In this document: positions 18,988 to 30,000 of the stretch, one piece after another
Layout: every line of letters begins with the position of its first letter
How positions within the stretch are numbered: the first letter of the stretch is position 1
Virus record (IMG/VR): IMGVR_UViG_3300018427_001843
DNA: 64,000 nucleotides
Direction: 5' to 3' (one strand)
Source of the DNA: an uncultured virus (IMG/VR IMGVR_UViG_3300018427_001843)
Lineage: Duplodnaviria; Heunggongvirae; Uroviricota; Caudoviricetes
The notes under the pieces: model-generated
Database searches by the model: none
What the model saw: only the letters and a program-made list of their open reading frames with translations
What the model was told of the DNA's origin: nothing
Program-made: the position numbers and the translations under genes

Positions 18988-19311
18988 ATGATGAGAAAGA
19001 AGCTCAAAAGCGACTACGAAAGCGGACGCGCGAAATCGTTTTATGAAACTGCATCGGTAGGGAAGCCCGTAGGAGATATCAATAAGAGGAATGCGGAAAT
19101 AGAGCAAGCTTTAGAAGAGATCACCTCAGAGCCTCGCCATCTGGCAAAGGCGAAACCCGCTGAGATGCTTCAGGCGGAACCGGTTCAGACTCCCGGAAGC
19201 ATCCTCATAGGCCCGTTCGATCTGACACAGTGCTACAAACAGCGTGTTTCCTGCGTGATGATCCAGATACCACAAAATATCCCTCAGCTCCTGAACAATA
19301 AACGATCGTAA
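18988..19311 (+). CDS. Hypothetical protein, in frame with the downstream lepA
   Basis: GAGAGG RBS then ATGATG; separated from the ORF at 19402 by a single TAA. Confidence 0.45.
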   Translation: MMRKKLKSDYESGRAKSFYETASVGKPVGDINKRNAEIEQALEEITSEPRHLAKAKPAEMLQAEPVQTPGSILIGPFDLTQCYKQRVSCVMIQIPQNIPQLLNNKRS

Positions 19312-19401
19312 GGATACGCTATCACTAGAAAGCACCAACTGATAACTGTTTGCCCGGTTCAGATCTATGAGCCGGGCAGCAGTCTTATCAAAAAAAGAAA
19401 G

Positions 19402-19905
19402 ATGATGAAAAAAGAAGAAACAAAGGATTTTCTTGACATGCTCAAGAATGCACTGCTGCTGTTTCTGATACTATGGCTGACCTTTACGTTCTTTCTGGGC
19501 ATAAAAATGGCCCCGAACGACGACATGAAACCCCGTGTAAGCGCAGGAGACATCCTTGTGTATTACAGGATAGCAAAGGAACCCTCCATACAGGAGGTCG
19601 TTGTTCTCAAAAAGAATGACACCGATTACGTGGGAAGGGTAGTTGCTAAGGAAGGCGACACCGTAGAGATCACAAAAGAAGCAGTGCTTATCGTAAACGG
19701 GAACCAGGTAATAGAAGATAATATTTTCTATCCTACCTCGTATTACGAAGGTTTCGTGGATTATCCACTTACGCTGAAAGACAACGAGTTCTTCGTCCTT
19801 GCAGACAAGCGAGAGGGCGCTGAAGACTCAAGATATTACGGCCCCGTAACAAAATCGGAAATAAAGGGGACTGTCATAGGGCAGTTCAGAAGGTCGAACA
19901 TATGA
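19402..19905 (+). CDS. SipA/LepA-like pilus chaperone, copy 2
   Basis: 'APNDDMKP', 'YVGRVVA', 'DSRYYGPV'; catalytic Ser and Lys absent. Confidence 0.85.
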   Translation: MMKKEETKDFLDMLKNALLLFLILWLTFTFFLGIKMAPNDDMKPRVSAGDILVYYRIAKEPSIQEVVVLKKNDTDYVGRVVAKEGDTVEITKEAVLIVNGNQVIEDNIFYPTSYYEGFVDYPLTLKDNEFFVLADKREGAEDSRYYGPVTKSEIKGTVIGQFRRSNI

Positions 19906-21032
19906 AAAAGATAACAGCAATCGGCAATCGGCTGGTGCAGGTCATCACGGGTGTTCTTGCAGCTGTTTTTCTTATTTACGGCGTGCTGATGCTGTGGGAC
20001 ATGTACCGCACGGACATGAAAGCCTTTGCCACATACGATCTTCTGAAATACCGTCCGAACATAGAAGATGACGAGCCTCCGTATCTGGACGATCTGGTAG
20101 AGATCAACCCTGATACGGCAGCTTGGATCACACTATATGACACGAACATCGATTACCCGGTAATGCAGGGCAAAGATGATACGGAATACATAAACAAGGA
20201 CGCCTACGGAGAATACTCGATCTCCGGCTCCATCTTTATGGCGGCAAAGAACTCAAAGGACTTTTCCGACCCGTATACGCTTGTCTATGGACACCATATG
20301 GCAAACGGTTCGATGTTTGGAGACATTCTGAAATTTAAGAACAAAGGATTCTTCGACAGGAACGATACCGGAGTCCTGATAATGAGCACGAAGGTATACG
20401 ACCTGAAAGTTATGGCCTGCCTCGAGACCGATGCATACGACCACAACGTATACTGGTCCGATAAGGAAGAGACCGACAGCTTTATGTCATATCTGAAGTC
20501 TTCCGCAAAATACTACAGGGAAGAACCTTATGAAAGGCTGCTTGCTCTTTCTACCTGTGATGACGCAACTACTTCAGGCAGAACAGTTCTTGTATGCGCC
20601 ATGACAACGAGGAAAAAACCTCTTCCTGACAGGGAGTACGGAAAGCCGATACCGCACAGACAGGCGGTCGGACACCCGATGGCCGGAGCATACTGGGCTC
20701 TTCTGAACCTGCTGTGCCTCGTATTGACGATATATTGCGTTTTAAAGGCCAATATCAGGAAGTCAAGGTTTCTCCTGCTCAAACAGAAAAATAAGCGCAC
20801 GATCAGGATAATGGCGGCTGAGAGTATAGTCCTCGCCGCAGCAGTCATCCTCTTCATCGCAACTGAAAACATGCATAAACCGATACAGATCACAGACGTA
20901 TGGACCCTGCCTATGATCATATTACTTGGACTTGTGTGGCTGACAGAGCGCTGGGCATATTCCGCTGCGCAGACAAAGAGCAGCACACAGGCTGAAAGCA
21001 AAGATCAGGAAATTGACTCTGACAGATCCTAA
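19902..21032 (+). CDS. srtB: Class B sortase with C-terminal multi-TM extension, copy 2
   Basis: 'IDYPVMQG', 'YGHHMANGSMFG', 'LSTCD...GR'. Confidence 0.85.
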   Translation: MKKITAIGNRLVQVITGVLAAVFLIYGVLMLWDMYRTDMKAFATYDLLKYRPNIEDDEPPYLDDLVEINPDTAAWITLYDTNIDYPVMQGKDDTEYINKDAYGEYSISGSIFMAAKNSKDFSDPYTLVYGHHMANGSMFGDILKFKNKGFFDRNDTGVLIMSTKVYDLKVMACLETDAYDHNVYWSDKEETDSFMSYLKSSAKYYREEPYERLLALSTCDDATTSGRTVLVCAMTTRKKPLPDREYGKPIPHRQAVGHPMAGAYWALLNLLCLVLTIYCVLKANIRKSRFLLLKQKNKRTIRIMAAESIVLAAAVILFIATENMHKPIQITDVWTLPMIILLGLVWLTERWAYSAAQTKSSTQAESKDQEIDSDRS

Positions 21033-21059
21033 CAAAAGTAAACAAAAGGCGGTGCTTCA

Positions 21060-24000
21060 ATGAGAGGTAAACAAGTAATAGCAATTATTCTTTCTGTAAT
21101 AATGATGCTTCCATCATTTACCCCAATGGCAGCGTATGCAGAAGACCTTCCTGCAGGTAACAGGCTGGCCTTACTCAAAGTAGAGGCAGAGAAGGACCAC
21201 CCGTACGATGTTCTGGAGATAGCGGTCCCTTCGGAAGAAGAGCCGGAAGCTTACGTCTGGGGCTCCGGAATAAAGGAAGACAAGAAAGTTCTGGATAAGA
21301 TCGGTACGCCGGAAGATCTGACGGAAACGCTTGAAAATATCCGTGATGAAAAAGAGCCGGACAAACTGATTACGGACCTGACAAAAGAGTGGGCTGATTA
21401 TTTCGACAGAAGCAGCGCGCTGGAGCCGGTAAAGGAAAAGGAAGACAAATATGAATTATCGGAAGGTCTGTACCTTATATCCGATGAAGAGGGCTTCTAC
21501 ATACCGGAATTTCTTGAAGTAAAAGATAAGGATCTCAAGATAACGCTTGAGAAGCAGGAAAAGGCGGAAGATATCAAGTCTTCGGATGAACAGGCAGAGG
21601 AGCCCGATTCAACCGAAGAGCCTGCAGAAAAGGAAGATTCTGAGGCAAAAGATAACACGTCTGATTCAAAAGCCTCTGCTCCGGCTGTTAAGGAAAATGC
21701 GAAAGCCCCTTCACTCAAATCGGCAGATAACGAATGGATCGAGCGTTTTACCGCGACATTTATTCGCGGAGCTGAAGAAGAAAGCGGAAAACTCATCTGG
21801 ACTCCGACGAACGCGAATGCCGACCATCGTTTTGTTTACAGAGTCAATTATGCATTCTCCGGTGAGTTCGAATTGCCGGCAGGCGCTGTTGAGATAAGAG
21901 TCCCAAAGCAGATTCTGAAGAACCGAGACGGGGAATATGATGATTATTACGATATAGCCATTCCAAAAGAAGAAGAAGCCGACAGCGATACGAAGTTTAT
22001 TTATGAAGAGGACGGAAATGAACTCGTCATCAGAAACTACACTGAGGTATCAGCGGGCGAATCCGGCACAATCGAGGTGTCATATCTCACAAAGGATAAG
22101 ACTTTCTACTATATGGATATGGAGGCACATGATCCGTTCTACGCTGACATCGAAGTAGATAACTCAGGACAGAAGGTAACGGCTCACGCAGACGCCGCTC
22201 CGGTTCATATAAATACTAATTCCGTTATCGTTAGAACAGACAAGAGAGTCCCGACTCTTTACAGAAGATGGGATGCTTCATGGGGAGAGACTCCGGCAGA
22301 TGCAGATGACTATTATTTCATCAGATGGGAAGTCCGCACTGCTATTAAAAAAGAAAATACGCAGCCTTACGACTTTACTCTTGAAGATACATTCGATGAT
22401 GGTGAAGTCGTCGGATATAAGTTTGAAGGGCAAAACACATACACACAGAATAATACTGTCCCTAACGTATACCAGCGTTCCGATGAGCGCTATGACTATG
22501 TTTTGACAAAACATCTGAAGAGCGAATTCAAGGATCTTCAGAACTACACGGTATGGAACAACATTACCGCCACGGTACACCCGGTCGATCTTCTTGACCC
22601 TGACACACAGGCAACGGACAGAGAACCGTTCTATTATGAAAAGCCTGTCTATCGTTATCCTCCGGGAAGATTTTATGCGGATAAATTCGGTCAGTATACC
22701 GATACATATACTACAGGCTTCGAGCCATCGAATTACGGCATCGTGCAGGACTCTGAAGACATTTCGGATTATGGCCTGGATGAGTTCGTGTTAGGCGACT
22801 CCGATAAACTGAATGACGAACATCTTAAATACTATGCATATCTAAGGGGCTATCCGTATCCGTGGACTCTCCCAGACGGCGAAATCGGTGATGATCCGTA
22901 TCAGTATGGAAAAGAGCCTGTTAAATATGAGCTCTGGGATGAGACTATTAATATAGAAGACAACGAACCTCTCGTAGGTGGCGAGGATTATGAGTTCTCG
23001 CAGCTTCACTTCATCTTTAACTTCGAAAAGGCCGTATTCAACGAGGAGACGATGCAGTTTGACACTTCTGCAGCGACTGCCTCTGACTTCACCGAGGATA
23101 ATAATGTCATCTTCTACGCCAAGAAGGTAGGGGACGAAGAATACGTAAAAATCGGTGAATTCGCTCCGGGCACAAACACATGGAGCAACGTAAATTCATC
23201 TTACGTAAACAGGGTAGAACCTAATGACATTTACTTCAAAAGTGACGTCATCGGCTACAAGCTCGAGACTTCGAACGCTTTATGGTACACCTGCCTAAGG
23301 GTGTATCCGCATCTGACCCTCTTCAGAAATGAAAAGACTCTTTCCCAGATGGGCGATGCCACGACTGTAAGGATCGATAACACGGCATACATCCAGGTAA
23401 CAGACCATAACGGTAACGAACTCTTCCCAGGCGACGCCGAGAACTCAAAAGGCGAAGCATATCAGGAAGGCATGGTCAACTCAGATTATGTCAGAAAGGT
23501 CCTAAGACAATCCAATATTCAGAAATACGTCACAGGAACGAGAAACAATAAAGCCAAGAAGACATATACCGTCACATGGCGTATCAACATGGAGGAGTCA
23601 TACACGGACAACCTCGGACGCCATCAGATTGAACAGGGCGGAGGAACCTTTTTCGACCTTTGTCCTTTGGGATCTCACGCAGACAAAAAGTCTGTGATTG
23701 TTTATGACAACGGAACAAGGCTCAATTCATCTAATTACGACGTATCTATCGAGCCAAACTATAATGATACCGGTCGCGATCTCCTTGTTATAAAGATCAA
23801 GAAGCCGGGCAAAAAATACAGCTTCTATTACGACACTATCCATGAATGGGAAGATTTGTCGCAGGTAAACTTCAAGATATTCAACTCTGTTGCATACGAA
23901 ACAGAGAACTCCCGCATAGCAGAAGGTTATCCTGATGACGGTGGAGTCGGACGTGATAAAGCCTTACTCGCAGACCTTGACCCGGACAGCGATGCTTCCA

Positions 24001-27000
24001 GATTCATATATTCACAGGACTGGCATGATGTCGACCTCGTCGTATCGACCTCTACTGGCATAAATAAAAAGGTCCGCGCAGAAGAGGATGAAAAGTATTC
24101 ATACGACACGATGACTTATGTCAACGGGAACTACTCCTATAGATGGAGAGTAGCCAACGATGAGATTACCAAACTCAAGGATATGGTCCTCTTCGACAGC
24201 ATGGAGAATTTCACAAAGGAAAGTGAAAATATTGAGTCCGACTGGCACGGCTATGTGCAGTCCGTGGATACAGCTATGCTCCGTGAACAGGGGATATTCC
24301 CTGTTGTTTACTATTCTTCTCTTGAGAATATGGACATATATGAGCATCATAATCTCGATGAGATGATAGATGGAGAAAAGGTCTGGAAGACTAAAGCCGA
24401 ATTTGGCGACATTTCCAATGCGAAAGCTATTGCTATTGACTGCTCGAAGGCTCTCGATGGAACTGATTTTGTTCTCGGACAGGGCGAATCCATTGAGACA
24501 TTCGTCAATATGAAAGCTCCATCACAAGGCATGAACCTCGGCCGCATTCCGTATTCTTATAACAACATCTTCCTGAGTTCGACCAAGATAGATGACCTTG
24601 ATCAGGAACACCCGGATCTGATCCACCAGGATTACACTAAGATCGGCTATAAGGTCAAGGGAGATATAGACTTCTATAAGGTCGATAAGAAAGACCACGA
24701 GAACAGGATAAGCGGTATCGCTTTCATGCTCTATGGAAAATCCGACTACGGAACGGATGTGGAACTCGAAGCAGTTTCCGACTCAAATGGCTATGTCCGC
24801 TTCAACGATGTTGAGCAGGGTACATATCAGATCCGCGAGCTCGGAGGCTCCGCTGACTGGCAGGTAGACCGTGAACTCAAGACAGTGACTATTGATAAAG
24901 ATGGCGTCGCAACGATTGACGGTCTTTCAAAAGACGGTCTGGTCAATAGATATTACGTCTGGGAAAACGAAGCGCGTATCCACGCTGATATGGACTTCAT
25001 CAAGAAGAGTGCCAACAGGCCAAGTGAAGAACTGAGTGTGATATCTGCTATCCGGGGCGTACGCCCGGGAAGCACGGAAACCGTGACCATAGATGGTAAT
25101 GAGTACTACGTTTTAGCATCAGACAACGATGAAGCACTTCTCATGGCTAAAGATGCTGAGACATCACTTTCTTCATTTACGGGTTGGAATGATTCCGCAA
25201 TAAGAACATATCTCAATGGAGATTATTTCAACGACAAGCCGATCCTGTCCGCGCTTAATGTCAAGCATGCCGTCAAGACACGCAGGCCGGAATCCTTCGA
25301 GAACTATACCTCAACGGATGAGAAGGCATTTATTCTAACACAGGCTGACATTTCCGGATTCACAGGTGATGAGGATGCTTCGATAGATGACTATTCGGCA
25401 AAGCAGACGATACTGCCGAACTCGATCCTGAGGTCTCTGTCCGGCACCTTTGTCCTGCGTAATCCATATTCAGAAGGGGAGGCCGCAGTTTGCAATGCTT
25501 CTACAGGCGAGATATCTGCAGAAAGCAGCGTCCTGATGCCGAAATTCTACCCGGTCATCAAGGTCGATATCGGTGACAGGATAAACGTCACTATCCCGGA
25601 CACTGAGTTTACCGTCTCAGGGACATCCGACTATGGCAATGAAGTATACGAAACTGCCGTCACCAATAATTCAGGAAAACTTGTCATCAGAAATCTTGAG
25701 CAGGGAACATACCAGCTCATAGAAACAAGAGCAAACGAAGACTATGTGCCAAACAGCACAGAATACACGGTCATCGTTGACAAAAACGGACTTGTTTCGA
25801 TATTTAACGGCAACGAGCCGGTCGAGACCAATGGCTCATCCTATATAATTAGGAACTACCCGAAGTATCACTCGTTCTCCATTCTTAAGACAGATAAAGA
25901 GAACGGCCAATGGCTCCAGGGCGCGACATTCCACCTTTATGGGACTTCTGATATAGGAACTCCGGTGGATATCACAGGGACAACGGGCACAAACGGTCGA
26001 GTGGAGTTCGCAAATCTTGAGGCCGGAACCTACCTTATCAAAGAGACCGCAGCTCCTGACAAGCATATGATCGATCCGGTATCTCATGTTCTGACGATCC
26101 AGGATAACGGCATGATCTCCATAAGCGGGATCAATAAAGAAAACGGCACCTTTGACTGGAGAAATGAAAGAGCCTACGACGGAAAGATCGTAATAACAAA
26201 GATTTGGAAGGATAACAAGGAGGATAACGAAAGACCGACACCAAAAGTAACCATAAAAACTGAAAAACCTGCATCGGCACTTCAGGCGTATGCTGTTTTT
26301 GACTCATCCACCGGCACCCTTACTTTTTTCCGTGATGAGCCGGGAAAGTATACCGGAATCAAAACATTTGGCACAAAGACCGTATATGCAACAGATTTTG
26401 AAACAGCTGCTCCATCTGGTCCTTACAGCCTACCTTGGGATTCTAAACGAGATAGAATAAACTCTGTTGTTGTAGAAGATCCTATCATGCCGCTCAGCAC
26501 TGCTCATTGGTTTGAGTATTGTTCAAACCTTACGTCTGCAGATTTGGCTTTACTTGATACGAGCAATGTCACGACTATGAGCAGCATGTTCCGGGGCTGC
26601 AGCAATCTGACAAGCTTTGACGGATCAGGCTGGGATACGAGTAAAGTAACTGACATGTATTATATGTTTTCAGAGTGCTATAGGTTGTCAGATTTAAGCA
26701 TTAATGACTGGGATGTAGGAAATGTTACAAACATGAACTACATGTTCAATTACTGCGGCCGAAGCGCATCCGTGCCCGGCGCCTTAGACCTCTCCAACTG
26801 GGATCCGAAAAAATTAACGAACATGGATCGCATGTTCTACACCTGCGGTTTCGCCAGTGTAGATATGTCGGGATGGGAATTGGACAGTCTGACTTCTATT
26901 GATGACCTGTTCGTATACAGCGAGAAACTTCAAACAGCGAATCTGTCCGGTTGGACTGCAAATAATCTCACATCTTTGAATGATCTTTTTTATTACTGCT

Positions 27001-30000
27001 ACGCATTGAGGTCGGTCGACGCCTCAAATTGGGAGATGCATAACTTAACGAATGTGTCCAGGTTGATCACCTCCTGCTATGCGTTTACAAGTCTGGACGT
27101 TTCCGGCTGGGATGCAGGAAACATCACTAATATGCAGCAGATGTTCCAGTACTGCAGCGGCCTCACAAGCCTGGATCTATCCGGCATCGACACCTCGAAC
27201 GTCACGAACATGAGCAGCATGTTCAGTCAATGCACCAAACTGGCAAGTCTCGATTTGTCCGGATGGGATACGAGTAAAGTAACAAACATGTCTTCTATGT
27301 TCAGTGAGTGCTACGCTCTCGAAGATTTCGATGTTAGCGGTTTGGACACCTCGAACGTCACGGACATGAGCTACATGTTCCATGTCTGCGATGCTCTGAC
27401 AAGTCTGGATCTGTCCGGATGGGATACTAGCAGTGTGACGAACATGCGCGGCATGTTCTACGGCTGCAGCTCGCTGAAAAACATCTATGTTTCAGAGCTG
27501 TGGGATACATTAGCCGTTACAAATTCAAGCAACATGTTCAGTAGCTGCAGTGAGCTCCCGAACTTCAACAGTTCTGTCATCGACAAAACCAACGCCCACT
27601 ATAACGAGGGCGGCTACCTGACATACAAGGCAGCGCCTTCGGGCAGCAGCGGAGCGAACATGATCCCGATGATGCTTCTGATGAAGAAGCTGGGCGTGAC
27701 GGGCCTCATAGAGAAAGCGCTTGTAAAGCTCGGGATCCTTCAGGAAGCATACGCTGCTGAAGATACAGCTGTTCTCACCTTTGAATCAGGAACAGACGGG
27801 ACCTTTGAAGACGGAAGCACTACCAATGTAGTAGAGTATGAACTTTTATATCCGACTCTAATTAAATATTCCCATACACCTAATATGGGAGATGACGGAG
27901 TTGCTACAAGACTGATTACCTCATCAGAGGGTAATACCACAGACACTGTTATTATTCCTGGCGCTGCGAAAATCGAGATAGATGTATGGTACTCGACCTA
28001 CAGCACCAGCTATTCATGGCTTGCCATATACGGAAAAAATCAGACTCCGTCTACAATCAACTACGCTTCTGCAGCAATATCAAAAGGAAAACTAGGTGGA
28101 GGCGGTTCATATAACAGCTATGCAAAGCCGACAAGCTCGTCATACCATAAGACCTATACCGTCAATGACGACACGGTAAAATTCTACTTCAGAAGGGGCG
28201 GCACAACCATTTCCTATCTTTCCGGCTACGGCTATTATGCTGTTGTGACCGGTTATGATTCTGATGGAAATCCAATAAGGGAAACTTCCGGGGAAAAGAT
28301 CCTGGGCAACATCATATCTGGCGAATATAAAGAGCCTGTTGCAAGGGATCCAGAATATAGATTTGATGATTGGACACCTAGTCTCTCAAGCATAACATCA
28401 GATGCTACGATTACAGCAACATATGAAGAAGATCTTTTGTCTGACCAGACAAAAGGGGTTTATGATGGTGTTGATTGGAAAATCAAGGGAGACGGTACTC
28501 TTGTAATCGGGAAAGCAGGGGAAACACAGTCCTTTGCGAATAACCCTGATCGCACATATTCAAGCTGGCCATGGTATCAATATCGTTCTCAGATAAAAAA
28601 CGTTGAGTTTGCCGGACCTGTAAACGGCAACGGTTCTCACAACGGTATGTTCTATAACTGCAGCCAGCTTATAGACTTTGATACGACCAATTTCAATACA
28701 TCAAATGTTACGAACATGAGCTACATGTTCCAGGGCTGCAGCAAACTGACAAGCCTTGACGTATCCGGATGGGATACAGGCAGTGTCACTAACATGAGCT
28801 ACATGTTCAATTACTGCAACAAACTGACGAGTCTTGGCGTATCCGGATGGGATACAGGCAGCGTCACGAACATGAGCAACATGTTCGGTAACTGCAGTGG
28901 TCTGACGAGTCTTGATTTATCTGATTGGGATACAGGCAGCGTCACGGACATGAGCAACATGTTCGGTAACTGCAGTGGTCTGACGAGTCTTGACCTCTCA
29001 AGATGGGATACAGGTAATGTCACGAACATGCAGAGCATGTTCAACAGCTGCAGAGGTCTGACGAGCCTCGACCTCTCAAGCTGGGATACAGGCAGTGTCA
29101 CGAACATGAGCTACATGTTCCAGTATTGCAGTGGTCTGACGAGTCTTGATTTATCTGATTGGGATACAGGCAGCGTCACGAACATGAGCAACATGTTCGG
29201 TAACTGCAGTAGTCTGACGAGTCTTGACGTATCTGAATGGGATACAGGTAATGTCACGAACATGAGCAACATGTTCCAAAGCTGTAGCGCTCTCGAAGAT
29301 TTCGACGTTAGCTGTTTTGACACCTCGAAAGTCACGGACATGGGCTACATGTTCCAAAACTGCAGCGGTCTGACGAGCCTCAACGTATCAAATTTCGACA
29401 CCTCAAACGTACAGAGCATGAGCAACATGTTCTCTGGCTGCAGCGGTCTGACAAGCCTCGATTTTAGCAGCTTTGATACATCGAACGTCACAAATATGCA
29501 AAACATGTTCGCTGGCTGCAGCGGTCTCACAAGCCTCGATCTTAGCAGCTTTGATACATCAAAGGTCACGAACATGAGCAGCATGTTCTATAACTGCAGC
29601 CGCCTGACAAGACTTGACGTGAGCGGCTGGGATACCAGCAAGGTCACGACTTTTTACGGCATGTTCCAAAACTGCAACGCCCTGACGAGCCTTGACGTGA
29701 GCGACTGGGATACCAGCAATGTCACGACTATGAGCAGCATGTTCCAAAACTGCAGCGCATTGACAAGCCTTGACGTATCCGGATTCGACACATCGAGAGT
29801 CTATGGTATGAACAGCATGTTCCAAAACTGCAGCGGCCTGACGAGTCTCGACGTCAGCGGATTCGACACATCAAAAGTAGAAGGCATGGGTTCTATGTTC
29901 TCCGGCTGCACAAGCCTGAGAAGCGTAGATATATCAGGGTTCACTACGAATACACTGTTCTCGGTGGACCATCTGTTTGAAAACTGCAGCAGCTTAACAA

